A stretch of 63,284 nt of DNA, the filler included, from Chiloscyllium plagiosum (taxonomy: Eukaryota), in NCBI RefSeq assembly GCF_004010195.1. It is 3 parts of one record of this genome, joined end to end, with 100 filler letters (N's around TTAATTAATTAA, not from the genome) between each part and the next. Parts side by side here need not be neighbours in the genome. Positions count along the whole stretch, not along the records: positions 1 to 27,089 come from NC_057710.1; 2 more parts are not named here. One strand, given 5' to 3'. A program made the translations under genes and the position numbers. The notes under the pieces are model-generated. The model had not been told where the DNA came from, did no database searches, and saw nothing but the letters and a program-made list of their open reading frames with translations. This document shows, piece after piece, positions 12,512 to 26,556 of the stretch. The stretch's first letter is position 1. The number at the start of each line of letters is the position of its first letter.

Positions 12512-13112
12512 CGTGGCACAGCTGTGACTCAGATGGTAGCTCTCTCGACTCAGAGTCAGCAGATTGCGGTTTTGTCACACAAAGATTGAGATTGTCTCAT
12601 TCGAAAACTTGAACTCAAAAGCTGACATTCCAGTACTCACTGTTGGAGCTTCTAACTTTTGAATGGGTTTTTAAACTAAGGCCTAATCTGCCCTCTCAAG
12701 TGAAGGTTAAAGATCCCAAGGTACTACTTTGAAGAACAGAAAAGAATCATAAAATCCCTACAGCCTTGAAACAGGCCATTCAGTCCATTCAGACCCATCC
12801 CTCCACCTTATCCTTGTCACTCCTCCTTTCCCAAGGTTAATCCACCCAGCCTGCACATCCCTGCACACAATGGGCAATTTAGCATGGCCAGTCCATCTAA
12901 CCTGCACATCTTTGGAGTTATCCCCAGTTCCTGTTGAATATTTAACCCTCAATTAATATCACAAATATAAATTATCTAGTCATTATCACATCTGTTGGCA
13001 CATCTGTGTGAAAATTGGTCGCCACATTTCTTATATTACAAGCTATTTCAAAAGTAATTCTCTGGGTGTAAAGCACTTTGCGACATTCGGTGGTCATGAA
13101 CGAAGCTATAGA
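12512..13112 (+). mobile_element. Deu-domain SINE with a nested HE1 3' fragment (12745-12915, minus)
   Basis: tRNA-like head; TAAACTAAGGCCTAATCTGCCCTCTCAAGTGAAGGTTAAAGATCCCAAGG Deu core resumes after the insertion. Confidence 0.7.
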
Positions 13113-14754
13113 CTTAATGGGCTGAAAACACTCTTCTGTATTTATGATTCTCTGATTTATTTTGCTCCGTCAAGCTAACTTGGCTTCTCCAGTTGATCTG
13201 GTGGTCTACCTAATGACATATTAGTCCTCAGATTACATACTTAAAGAAGGATCCAACCCTTTTCTACCTTTTCTGCTTCCACTGAACAGCTACTCAAACA
13301 GAAATATGTCAGGGGTCCAGGTGGTACATCAACAGGTAAGCCACCCACTTGGTATTGAATGGGAACAAGGTAATTAATTTGAACTGAAACTGGGGGAAGT
13401 GTAGTAAAAATTTTCGAAAGAAAGTCAATTGCTGTGCATCACAAGATGACAGCATTATCAAACTAAACCAAATTGTCTATAAATACATCTTGGTTTGCCG
13501 GCTCCAAAATCCAACTCTTGAATCTCAATCAAGATTAGTTACGGACACCCTCCTGTATTAATAAGATAATGCACAAAGTAACAAAATGCCAAGACAAGTT
13601 TGGTTTGACTGATTAATTCAGGTTACCACCACAGCTAATGAACACGTGTGGCTTTCGCATCTGGTCCGTAACCAAACAGTCACTACATTAGTACATTATA
13701 AATTGCACTTGTCTGCATCACAAATATGTTCTAAATAAAACATAATCAAATACAAACAGAAAATGTGAAAACATTCTGTAGGTCGGTCAAAATCTAGAAA
13801 TGAAAAATTAAGAGAACACTTTGTTGGATAGTTCTAAAGTAGGGTCACACCTGAAACATCAATCTGACATTTCTGGTTACTGGTGCTGACAGGTGTCGTG
13901 ACCTTTTGCATCATTCACCTTTGGTGCAAAATCATTAAGAATGTTGTAAACAAGAAGATCTAATCCAGCTATGAAGACAGAAGGTGATATTGGATCGAAA
14001 GAGGAAAATAATAGGTTTTAATTTCTGTCAATGAGAATTGTTTCAGAGTCAGGTCAACCACAGTAAGAGGTGGCAATTTCATGACTGACTGTCAGTTTGG
14101 CAGCTCTCAGGAAAAGACACGAACATATTGCCTCTCTTTTGCGTTCAAACTAAAAATACATTTTCTATATCCATACCTGACACTTCCTTTATTTTCAATG
14201 AGCCACTTTATGTCAGCCTGAAATATCTTAAGACAACTTATGACAAATATAATAAAAGCGTAATGCTGCGGATGCTGGAAGTCTGAAGTAAAAAGAGAAA
14301 TTGTGGGAGAAACTCAGCAGTTATGACAGTCGCTGTGAAGAGAGAAACAGAGTTAACATTTCAAATCTAACGTGACTCTTATTCAAAAGAAGCCTGCAGA
14401 GTCTCTCCAGCATTTTCTCTTTTTATTTATGAAAATAACAAAATACTTTGAGCAATGATATTTTTCCTTGCTGATTTCACTGATTCAATTCTATTTCATC
14501 ATGGTGACCTTTTAAGCAAAATTTCTTGAAGTAAACTCACTGTCAAGTTTAAGAATCCTGGGATGCAATTGTTCCTTGTGTTATTAAAGTGTACATTACA
14601 TAGGAGGGGCTTTAACAAATGTAATTGACCTCAGATCAAGAAAATTCAAAGTTTCTGGCAACATCATCATGCAAAGGGCAGGGGCATATTCCTGGCAACA
14701 ATTCATAAAATGCTATTAAACTGTTTTTTTTTTATCTAAGCTCAGAGACATTGT

Positions 14755-14985
14755 CCTCTGAGATAAGGAGAAACGTCTTCACACAGAGATTGGTAAGCCT
14801 GTGGACTTCTCTGCCACAGAGAGTGTTTCAGGTCAAAACAGTGAATGTTTTCAAGAAGGAGATAGATATAATTCCTAGGGCTAAAGGGATCAAAAGGTGT
14901 GGAGACGAAGTGGGAATAGGGTTGGATGATCAGCCATGATCATACCAAATGGTGAAGCAGGACTCAAAGGGCCGAATGCTATTTT
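14755..14985 (+). mobile_element. CR1 LINE 3' end
   Basis: RRNVFTQRLVSLWTSLPQ...FKKEID. Confidence 0.8.
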
Positions 14986-16159
14986 GGCATTTTTTTTTAA
15001 TGTCATTTGCTATTGGTCATCTGTTGGACATCAATGATATTTTTAGTGTTTAGAAGCTCAACCAGGCTGTGCCCGGCCATGAATGCTGAGCTGTTTGCTG
15101 TTTGCTGTCACTGGCTCAGCAAACCAAGGGCTTCCAAGCTGGTAAGCTCCTTACTAATACTGCTATATCATCAATGATAAGCAGCAGGGGGGGTCTCCTT
15201 GCCCTGATGTCATGAGACAAGGACAGAACCAGGTATTTGATTCTGTGAAATCTCACCAATTTATTCTTCTCCCTGCTTTGTCATGGTGATTTGCATTTGA
15301 AATCTTTGAACAAGGGTGGGACGTTGGTATATTTTCAAAATTGATTTTTTGAAGAATCGTGCAGCAGGTCTTTGGATCACTTTAATCTCTCATCGTAGAA
15401 GGATACTACACACAACTTCCAACCTCCAGAATTGGACAAGGAAGTGAAGACTGTGATATTTTTGTTATAATACCAAAGATTTCTGCTGAGACATTTAAGA
15501 ATGCTATTTCCTTTGGCGGTTATCCAATAAATGTGGAAGCTCCACTGAAGACTGCTTTAAAATGTACTCCTAGATATGGTTGTGTAGCTACCCATTGGAG
15601 AATTTGAACTAAAAGCTTTCTGTTTGTGGACCTTTTTGTTGTCAATGAACATGACTGTATTGGACAGAGTGGAAGTCAAAGCACAATACATTATATATGA
15701 TTAATGGCAATATGTCAGAGTATACTGAATCATAAAAGACAAATGTATATAATAATATTTAAATGTAGTTGAATTATCTTTATACACAGTGATTCCTCTC
15801 CCTTGAGGAGCTGTACAATTAATGCTCCCAACTCTCCTTCAGAGAGAATCATTAAGATTGCAGTATATGGTATTGGTCTTCCAAGGAATTTTAAAAATGT
15901 ATACTTTTCATAATCTTTTATCAAACAGAAAGATTATGTGATCAAAGTACAAATTCTAATTAACCAAGAATTACATAGAATAGGCAGCACAGAAATAGGC
16001 CATCCTTCTACTATCATCAAATGCTTTAGAAACTTGAACTGTTTCCATCACAGCAGAAATGGCTAAAGGGAAATTTAGGCAAGTTTTATAAATTGATGAA
16101 GAGTTTGATGGAGTGCATAAGGCCAGAGCCTATTTTGTCTGGTTGATTGCAAGTTGTCA

Positions 16160-16780
16160 ACATGTCTCAAGTAAAGTGAGGATAGCTGTGAGGAAGACTT
16201 TAGCAAGCCATGTTGCAACTGTACAAGACATTAGTGAGGCCATTTTTAGATGCAATTCTGATCTCCCTTCTATAGGAAAGATGCTGTTAAACTTGAGATG
16301 GTGCAGAAAAGATTTACAAAGCTGTTGCCAGGACTAAAGGGTTTGAGTTATAGGGAGAGGCTGAATAGGCTAGGCTTTTTTCCCTGGAGCATCAGAGGCT
16401 AAGGAGTGACCTGATAGAGATATATAAAATCATGAGGGGCATGGACAGGATGGATAGCCAAGGTCTTATTCCTTGATTGGAGAGTCCAGAACTAGAGAAC
16501 ATAGGTTTATGGTGAGAGTCGAAAGATTTAAAAAGGACCTGAAGGATAGCTTTTTCTCACAGAGGATGGTGCATGTATGGAATGAGCTGCCAAAGGAAAT
16601 AGTGGAGGTGGGTACAATTACAACATTTAAAAGGCATCTGGATGGTTATCTGAATAGGAGGGGTTCAGAGGCATTTGAGCCAAATGCGAGCAAATGGGAC
16701 CAGGTCAGATTGGGATGTTTGATTGGTGTGGATGAGTTAGACTGAAAGGTCTGTTCCATGCTGTTTGACTCTATGACTCG
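16160..16780 (+). mobile_element. HER1/CR1 LINE 3' portion
   Basis: ESRTREH...FFSQRMVHVWNELP; CTCTATGACTC tail. Confidence 0.9.
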
Positions 16781-17663
16781 TTAAGTTGTTAAATATGAAA
16801 TGCTTCATCACAAGAAACCATTACACTGAGATTATTGCATAATTTTAAGGGAATAACAGTAAATATTAAGCAGAAGATAAAGGGAGAATATAGGGCAATT
16901 AGATCACATGAAGCTTACTCAAGCCAAGTGGTGGTCTCTACATGAAGGGCCATATTACATTTCTGTGGTGTAATGTTACACATTTCAAAACAATTTGCAA
17001 TTATAAAGCAACTGAAAATGCTGGAGATTTTCAGCAGCACCTGTGGAAAGAGGAACATTTTGAGTCCAAACATTCTTCTTCATAATTTAATTCTTCGATT
17101 TCTCTCGCCACAGAAACAGCTAGGACTTCTGACTTTTTGCAGCGTTTTTGGCTTTTATTTCAAATTTCCAGCATATGCAGTAAATTGCTTTTATACACCC
17201 TTATAGCCCCTCTGTTTGACCTGCGAATGTCTCAAAGTGTTTACAACCAGTTACAGCCATTGAAAGTTTAATGACTGTGTAATTTAAGGAAGCATAGCAT
17301 CTAGAATTCGCACAGTAAGATCCCAAAATCAGCAATACATTAAGGGGGTGAGATTTTCTCTTCTTTGTTGAAGATTAAATTATGGCCAGGGTGCATGTAT
17401 ATATAGTATCATTTCACCACTATGGGGAGCCAGTTTAATTGTTAATTGGAGCAGCTTTCTATCTGCAACGTGCCACAGATTTTCAACTACACATAGAATC
17501 TCTACAAAGTAGTTTAAGGTCATTTGGCCTGTCAAATCTGCACTAACCACAGAAGTATCAGCCTAGGTTTTTACTCAAGTATCTGGTGTAGAACCTGAAT
17601 CCTCAGTCTTCTGATTTAGAGGCAAGTGTGCTACCACTAAGACAAAACTAACACTAGTTAACA

Positions 17664-17755
17664 TTGTTAAAAATCACACAGCACCATGTTATAGTCCAAC
17701 AGGTTTAATTGGAAGCACTAGCTTTCGGAGCGCCGCTCCTTCATCAGGTGGTTGA
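17664..17755 (-). mobile_element. Hammerhead-pLTR module (family B)
   Basis: Same module as 25200-25310, 38880-39030 and 57300-57437. Confidence 0.8.
17716..17750 (-). ncRNA. Minimal type I hammerhead ribozyme (family B), intact core
   Basis: CAC-CTGATGA-A-GGAGC-GGC-GCTCC-GAAA-GC-TA-GTG: stem I CAC/GTG, 5-bp stem II, palindromic AGCT stem III. Confidence 0.85.
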
Positions 17756-19234
17756 TGACATATAATGAACCAATCCTGCTGAAGTGCTTTATTACATACT
17801 ATTACTGCTGTACAGTCATTGGTAACACATACACCGTGATAGATGCCCTTTACCGTTTAATGAAGTCAGTACATGGCAAAGTCTGTCCTGAAAAGCTCAT
17901 GTTTTCTCTGCGTGTCAAATCAAATCTGTTTTCAGCCTCATCAACAAACCTGATTAGAGAAAGTGGGATTGATTTAAGTAAGTTCTATGCTGCTCTAAAA
18001 CAGCTAACTTTCTCAAAGGAATTCATTAACTTGTTGGTTTTTACAACATTAAAGAAATAGTATTGCGGTTTGAGCTTTGGACTTAATTTGTAGTAGATTC
18101 TTGCTAAGTTTATTCTCTAAATTCATCAATTTATTCTCTCAGTTTGTTTCTGTTTATTCTGAATCATTTATCATTAATAATCTTGTATTCATTAACACAA
18201 TGAATGACCAATGCTGGAACTTTCTTTATGTTTCTTTGCAGCTGATTTGGGTTTGAGAAATCCCTGAGATAATATTCCTGTGCATGCAAATGAATATGTT
18301 CCATGAATTTCAATGTGCCAGTGACAAAATTGTAGCATATTATCTTGTGGTATAAGCCACTGTCAGCACATTTCCAAGACGGATCATATTATGTCTTAAG
18401 CAGTATAACTCACTTAGTCGAACTGCGGCATCCTGCATTCTGGTTCTGTTTCTATTAGTTGGAGCATTTGTTCACCTTCTCTTAGCTCTTACTCAGTGGA
18501 AAATCTCATGATTAGTCTGAAGTGGATAAACAGGATCAATGTTTAAGAGTATGCACACGGGGTTTGCTTCCTGTTCTACTCAGTAATTTATTTGCATGGA
18601 CAAATTAACTCCAATGCTGGTGCATCTGCAAGAATTAGTCATAGACTAAACCACCTTGACTGGAGCATGAGATCACCCACTACTGCAGCAGCAGCAAGCA
18701 ATTTCCATTCCCGTTTCATTATCCTCAGGGCTTCATTGAATGATTGGCAATTCCTGAATTGTTTTCTACTGTTGTTCATTCTTATTAAGCATTTCATTTA
18801 AACATACTGAAGTCATTATATTTTAGAATCTTTCAGTCAAAGGAACAAAAATATGTTTTTTTATATCTTACTATTGAGAAATAAATCACTAGTCTTCTTC
18901 ACCAGGTTGCAAAGTGAAAGCTACAACAAAGGTTCAGAAAACAATATAGTCAGAAATTGCTTTGATCGCAGGACAAAATCGATTTTAAATGTTGAATCAT
19001 GTAGTTGAGAATGGTGTGAATTTATTTATTTCTTTTGTTTTTACTGAAACACCCATTCTGGGGTACAGATCTACTGGAAAAGTCATAAGTGACTAAAATA
19101 AAGAAGTGCACTAGAAAGAACAATATGTTAAATTGTAATCACTTTGAACTGAACCAACAGAATTACATGCAATAGGTCCTTTCACTTGGGTTACAGAGTC
19201 TCCAAAGATTGAACACTATAGAACAAAATATAAA

Positions 19235-19410
19235 ACAAAAATTAAAATTGCTGAAGAAACTTAACATGTCGGAGTAAACTGAAGAAGAGTCACTGGACTC
19301 AAAATGTTAACTCTATTTTCTCTCCCCAAATACTGCTAGACCTGCTGGGCATCTCCAGCAATTTCTGTTTTTGTTTCAGATTTCCAGCATCTGCAGTTCT
19401 TTTATTTTAT
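19235..19410. mobile_element. Fold-back hammerhead-pLTR module (family C)
   Basis: CTGAAGAAGAGTCACTGGACTCAAAATGTTAACTCT with an inverted partial tail upstream. Confidence 0.6.
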
Positions 19411-19713
19411 GATCTCAGGAGTTGTGAGCTTCAATTTTATACTTAATCCATACTGTTAAAGTCATCATCTCCATTATTTCAACTGCATGAACTCCTGCAA
19501 ACTTTCTAATTTGCTGCTCAAAATAAGAAAGCACTTAAAATACTCAGCTGGTCATGCAGCATCTGTAGAGAGAGAAAAGTTTGTGGTTCATTTCAATGAC
19601 AATTTATCAAACTGGGTAAAGTTAGAGATGAACAGGCTTTTAATAAGTGGTGGGTGGGACAAAGATAAAGAACACTCTGTGATAGATTTACAATATCTGT
19701 AATGATCTGCTTT

Positions 19714-19876
19714 TTTAACCTACCAAGGAGTAGGTTATTCCTGATGAAGGGCCTTTGCCTGAAACGACGATTTTCCGGCTCCTCAGATGCTGCCTGACCT
19801 GTGCTTTTCCAACACCACTCTGATCTAACCTCTGGTTTCCAGCATTTGCAGTCCTCACTTTAACCTACCAAGGAGT
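19714..19876 (+). mobile_element. Solo hammerhead-pLTR module (family A) with an 18-bp flanking duplication
   Basis: TTTAACCTACCAAGGAGT on both sides; CTGATGAAGGGCCTTTGCCTGAAACGAC core. Confidence 0.8.
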
Positions 19877-22049
19877 TAGTCTAGGTCTAAAATAATAACC
19901 AGCTGCCTATCTTTTTCTATAATGGTTCTTCAGCCTGCCTGCTACTCTAATTCCTTCAGCTTGACTAAGTTGCTCAAAATTTTGCTACTGACTCAAAACG
20001 CTATGGATTCATGACGCACTCTAGCATTTAAATGTACTGCTGATATAGACTGGCACATCAGTGAAGTCTGTAAGACCACAAGACCATAAGACACAAAAGC
20101 AAAAACAGGCCTATCAACCCATTAAATCTAATCCTCCATTCAATGAGATCACAGCTGATCTAATAATCCTCAACTCCCTGAGGAACGCAGCACTGTCAGA
20201 TGTGATGTTAAACCAAAACATGTTTCAATGGTAGTTATAAATCATAGGGCACTGTTGGAAAAAGAACAGAAAGTTTTCTTAAGGGTGAATTAATCTATTC
20301 TGTGTTCCAATAGTGCACCACATTGGAAAGAAACACAGGCTCTAATCAGACTAGAACACTTTAACACCAATTCTTCAAATAAACTGGGGGCAACGCGCTT
20401 AGTGAATCGATCTTCAGTTACCCTGGTCAATATTCCACCATCACCAACAACAAAAATAAACATTAAGTAGTCATTCTTGCATGCTATTTATGCAAAAATT
20501 TACTGTGCTTTAAAACATTGTCACATTTGCCAACAAGGCTATATTTCAAAGAAATTTATTCCACGTGATTGAGAGCCTAGCTGGCTAAAGGCACCACTTT
20601 GAGCATTGTAATGGAGTGCAGAGATTTAAAATCTAATCCCTGAACCAAGGGATTAACAAATGATTACATCAACATCATTTACACTTCCCAGCTTTGTTAA
20701 TTTATTAAAAGATCAGTAAACGTCTTTACTTGTCCCAAAGGCTATCAGCAGACTACATTGCTAAAGGCTTACAGCAGCAATTTCTGACCTTTCTCTGAGT
20801 CAGGATCCCTAACGCTACCAAATATTCCATTGAGAATCTGCTGACAATATTCTAAATTAGCTTTCCCAAAAAAAACCTGTATGGGCATAAAACAAGTCTG
20901 CATGCTGCATTAACAGGTAATCAAATCAGTTTTGAAAGATGCTAATTCCAATTCCAATTCTTTCTCTGTAGAGTTGGCATATCTTCACGGGTTATCTATA
21001 CAAGCTTATCTTGGAATTTTGTCTTCGCACTTGCTAAGAAAGCTGCAGTCATTGCAGACTTCCCATGTTCTCAGGATATTTCATAGTTAATGTATGCATT
21101 TTGAAAGACAGTCCTTGCTGTTTGGTAGTCACCTTAACCAGAAACATTGCCCAATCTCAAACCAAGATGATTTTGGACAAGCTTTACTTGATGTCAGCTG
21201 AGTGATCTTTAATATACACCTCAGAAAGTAGATAAGAGCTCAGTTTCATGTTTCATCCAAAAAGCAGTATCTGTGCACATTAGGTCTCCTTCTGTACTGC
21301 ACTGAAACATCAAAGGCATCGACACACTCACAACCTGGACTAGGACTTTAACTCACATTTACTGACTTGAAATATAAGAATCCTCTTCTGAGCTGATTCT
21401 ACTATTTGATCAAGACTCATCGTTGTGGTGAAAATATGTTGCATTTTTGGAAGTCCAATATTCTGAAATAAATACTAAACTGATAGTTCAGATGTTAAAA
21501 ATGCCATCAGACTACTTTAAAAGTAGAATGTTCACCTGGTCAGCATTCAACTCTCAAATGAAGCAGATTAACTGCTATTGTATGTCATTTATGAAACAGT
21601 TTTCTTCGCACATTGGCTGCTGCGTTTAACTAAATATGGCAGTGACTAAATTGATATGCATGAATGGAGTGATACTATCCTAGCAAACAATTGGTATAAT
21701 TCCCTGTGACATGTTAGGAAACCGAATTCAAAAATTGCAGATCGAGTTGTAAAAGTCTACTTCAAAAATTCAGTTACTTTGTGGACAAGGACAAGTAAAT
21801 AGATATAACATTAAGGGCAATAGGAATAGTCAGGAGAATGGCACAGAATCAATAATGCTCTTTCAGACCACTAGACTTGACACAATGGATAAGCAGCCTC
21901 CTTTTGCTCAGTTATAATTTTTTGATTCTGAAAAATATCACAAATGCTAGCAGATTGCAGTTTTGCAGCGAACAGATGTGGCACCTGTTTTATTTTCCTT
22001 CTGTGTTTTTGTTTTCAATCTTTAGGCAGCCTCTTTCAAACCCATGACC

Positions 22050-22325
22050 ATTTCATTCTGGAAGGACATGGGCAGCAGATGCACGGGCACCTCACCACGT
22101 TCAAGTTCCCCTCTAAGTGCTCACTTTCTTGACTTGGAAATATATCGTCATTCCTTCACAGTTGATGTGTCAAAATCCTGGAAATGCTTCCCTCATCCTA
22201 CAGCATGTGGACTGCATGCGGATTGAAGAAGGCAGCTCACCACCACCTTCTCAAGGGCAACTGGGAACAGGCAATAAATGCTGGCCTGCCAGCAATGCCC
22301 TTGTCCCACAAGTGAATTTAAAAAA
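22050..22325 (+). mobile_element. LINE 3' end (CR1/L2 clade)
   Basis: GAAGGCAGCTCACCACCACCTTCTCAAGGGCAA...AATAAATGCTGGCC tail; related copies at 24080-24265, 50200-50310 and 52985-53185. Confidence 0.65.
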
Positions 22326-23239
22326 AAGCTAGCAATGATCAACATAACAAATGTGCTTGATAAATGTTTTAGGGCAACATCATTTTCAATACAACTGGTT
22401 TCCACTTCCTTCTTGCTGCCTGAAAAGTCACAATTCTGCTGAAAGACATTTGTCTGAATATTTCAATCTGGCAATTACCACAACCAGTAGAATATTTATG
22501 AATTGATTATGTGTGTTAATACTTTTGACATTAGGACTAATTATGAGGCTCCTTCAATTATATCAAACTGCACAATTACCTGATAAACCTAAGGACCTCT
22601 TGCCAACCAAGAATCATTTCCTGAAATATCATCTTCACTTGTGTTGGTCACATCTTAGTGAATTTACAAGGCCCGTGCTATTTTTCTTTGATGTGTTTAA
22701 TGAGACATCATGGTAATTTGATTTTCATGTGCATTCCATTTAAGTAATGATAAATGCATTACCTAGTCTGGAACAGCACCATGCAGACTACAAAATCCAA
22801 GGTTTGAGTCTTGGACTAAACTTAGCTGAACTCAAGCAAGGCATGAATCATAGCAGAGATGCTTCAAATAGTCTTAGGGCTCCTGGGCTAACAGGTCGAA
22901 GTATGGATGGTAAGTGATGATCCAGAAATAGCTCTAATACGTGTATAGTCAAATAGCCTGACCAAAAATAACAGCATACAGACTGACACATGATGAATCA
23001 CTGAGGCACCAATAGAATTATCTAAGCAAAAGCAACTTCAAACCAGCATGATACAAACATTAAACTGGAAGAATCTTCTAAAAGAATAAATTGAACAGTT
23101 ACGCACATAAAGATTCAACATTTCAAGTTATTTGATTATTTCAGTAATCAGCAAATTATTTAGTTCCCAAAGTAAATGATCATTTCAGCCCTAAAATCCA
23201 AAGCTTATGAAGCAAGAGCAAAAATCTTCAAATAATATC

Positions 23240-24265
23240 ACATCTTTCCTTACCAACTGCTTCATCAATGATTTTCTCTCCATCATAAAGTCAGAAATAA
23301 AGATATTCACTGATGATTGCACAATGTTCAGATCCATTCCAAACTCCTCAGATACTGAAACAGTCTTTGACCAAAAACAGCAAGATCTGGACAATCTCCA
23401 GGCTTAGGCTGACAGGTGGCAAGTAACATTCACACCTTACAAGTGCCAGGCAATGACCATCTGTGACAAGACAGAGTATAACCAATGACCTTGATATTCA
23501 ATAGCATTACCATCATTGAATCTCCCATTGCCAATATCCAGGGGTTACCATTGACTAGAATCTGAACTGGATGAACTGGAAAATACAGTGGCTATGAGGC
23601 TACGCCAGAGGTGAGAGGTTTTTAGTCGTTTGCTGACTCCTCAAAGCCTGCCACGATCTGCAAAGCACAAGTCAGGAGTGTGATGGAATACTCCCCATTT
23701 ACTTGGATGAATGCAGCTCCAACAAAACTCAAGAAACTTAACACCATCCAGGATAAAGTGACACACTTAATTGGCACCACATGCACAAAAAGTTCCTCCC
23801 TCCATTATTGTTGTACCATATAAGAGGCAATGCAGAAATTCCCCAACTCTACTTAGACAGCAGCTTCAAACCCACAACCAGTTTCATCTAGAGGGACAAG
23901 GGCAGCACCAGCACATTCTCCTCCAAGCCACTCACCATCCTGACTTGCAAATATAGTCATTCCTCTGTCTCCATGAAGGGTCCATTCATGAAAACCCCGA
24001 ATTATGAAAAATAGATTAAAATTGTTCAAAATATTACAGATTTGTGATTTTTTTTCCTATAGATATTGGCTTTTTTGTCACTTTACTGTATCACCATTTC
24101 TTCACTGTCTCTGAGGCGGAATCTTGAATTCCCCTGTCTGGCAGCATTGTGGGTCTATCCAAAGCATAGAACTGCAGCCGTTCAAGAAGGCAACTCACTA
24201 TCACTTTCTCAAGGGCAACAAGGGATAAATGCTGGCACAGCCAGTAAAGCTCACATCTCCTGAAA
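23240..24265 (+). mobile_element. Decayed LINE RT and 3' end (CR1/L2 clade)
   Basis: CFINDFLSIIKSEIKIFTDDCTMF...QQDLDNLQA (FADD-type RT motif). Confidence 0.8.
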
Positions 24266-25199
24266 TAATTTTTAGAAAAACAGGAATCAATCCTAGTCTC
24301 TAATTAAGATACCTTTGGGTCATCATGTTTTTCACCTCATTTTGATATTTTCTTCCCTTTTCACCTAAAGGCAGACTTAGTACAGTAATTTGTTTTCATG
24401 GGCACCCTCCAATTTTCCATCCTTCATTGGGCACCACTCAAATACCTCTCCTACCCCAATACCATCCACACTTTGCTCCCTAAACTGCTTAATCACTCGT
24501 AATAAATATGGTCAAAGGGCAGCATTGTGAGCCTGGTACTTCTAGCTGAGGGGCAAGACACGAAAAGGCAAGGAAATGCAAGGCACAGATGCTGCGAGCA
24601 TTTGGGTAGGCTCAAAGTGACTGAGTGCTAAGAGACCAAGCAAACAGCCTGGAGATGCAGCAGCCATGAGCTTACTGCATCTCCCTGAGCACCCAATGTC
24701 CTTGCTGCAGTATTACAGTAATTGTTGATGTTGCACCTCTGAGATCTAAGATTGAAGTGCAGAAGTGAATTGGAGATGCCAAAATGCCAATGTCCATGGA
24801 GGTGGAGTGGGTGTGCCCAAAGCCTAGGGAGTGTGCGTGGAGCTGCTGGCACACAGTGTCCAATATACAGCTCCTTTAGCATAAGCAGTGAGCTGAAGTT
24901 AGAAGATACCTGCTATCACTTACATGTCAAGAATTTGCAGTGTCTAGATTGCTCATGGTGGTTGGTAAGATAGAAAGCTGAATATTAATGAAGTGGGATC
25001 TGTAATTAATAAAGCTGGCAACAAGCAATAGTCCCCTTATTTGGAAACTTGCCACAGCCTCACAAGAAATTCATTTTGCCCCCATGATTTAGTTAAAAGA
25101 TGCAGCAAATTGTTCCTAATGTCATTGAGTGGCCTTGCTGGCCTTTTTATATGATTCAGACACATTTCTTGCCATAACAATGAAATCCAGGCCCTGACA

Positions 25200-25472
25200 C
25201 TAGCTCCGAAAGTTAGTGTACTTCCAATTAAACCTGTTGGACTATAACCTGGTGTTGTGTGATTTTTAACTTTGTACACCCCAGTCCAACACCAGCATCT
25301 CCAAATCATAACATTGAAAAGGCATTTGGATGGGTTTATGCATAGGAAGGGTTTGGAGGGATATGGGCTGGGTGCAGGCAGGTGGGACTAGATTGGGTTG
25401 GGATTTCTGGTCGGCATGGATGGGTTGGACGAAGGGTCTGTTTCCATGCTGTACATCTCTATGACTCTATGA
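25200..25472 (+). mobile_element. Family B pLTR module joined to a HER1/CR1 3' end
   Basis: GCTCCGAAAGTTAGTG...GGACTATAACCTGGTGTTGTG, then AAGGCATTTGGATGGG...CTCTATGACTCTATGA. Confidence 0.8.
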
Positions 25473-26556
25473 CTTCAAGAAGTGCAATTGCAGTCATACT
25501 TGTACAAAGAAGAACGTTTGTAAATTTTGAGGTTAGTCACTTTATATGAACATGTCCGTTAAGAAAGGGAGCCTATTTGGCCCCTTGAGGTTGTACGCTA
25601 ATTATTCATGGTTGATGTGATTGTAACCTTCACTCCAAATTCCTGTTACCATGGTAACTATTTATCTCTTGCTTATCAAAAATCTATCGAGCTCCGTCTT
25701 ATAACTATTTAGGTTATCTGCTTCCACTAAATTTTGCAGAAGAGAGTTCCAAAGACAGAGGACTCTCTGAGACAAAATAATTATTCAAATCTCAAATCTA
25801 TTTTTAAACAGCGATCTGCTAGTTATAGAATCTCACCCAAACTACAGTTAACAAATTTTCTGAATGATTTTGCCTGATCATGCAGTTTTCATTTGCAGTA
25901 CTCTTCAGTGACTGCAAGGAATCCAAACCATTTATCATTTTCGTATCACACCTTTTAATAATCACAGGATTTACAAATGGATTAGTCATCAGCAGCCTCA
26001 TGACAGAACAGCAAGTTTGCAGTATCTGGAGCAGATCTGAAAGCAGTATGAGTGAACAGCCAGTTATGTTGCCAGCTTCTATCACTCACAAACCATTGGA
26101 AGCAGAGATTCATGCAGCCCACTCACTGGCCTTCAGCTGCCAGTGAGATTTCTAACGTTAGACAAAAAGCTAGTGAGATGATCAATTCGATTGCATTATT
26201 GCCAAAATAAAGGTGGTGTGGGAGATTAAAAATGGGAAGGTCAACTGCTTAATGCAATGATCATGCTGTAAGTGATAAGATGTATGAGTGAGGTATGGTG
26301 TCTTCCTTAAGTAGTCTTTTACTGGTGTTAACACAAGATCAAAACAAAAAATCCAAAATGGATACAACTATAAGCATCTTTGGAGAGAGAAACAGAATTA
26401 ACAGTTCGATGTCTTGTTTTTGCTTCAGATTTCTAGCATCCACTTTATGTGGTATTTCTAATGCAAACTTTCTTATTCCCGAATGAAGGCTGAATCTTAA
26501 ACGTTTTGGCAAAGAGGAAGTTGAGTTAGGTTTCTTGAAGTGGTTTTCAACATTAA

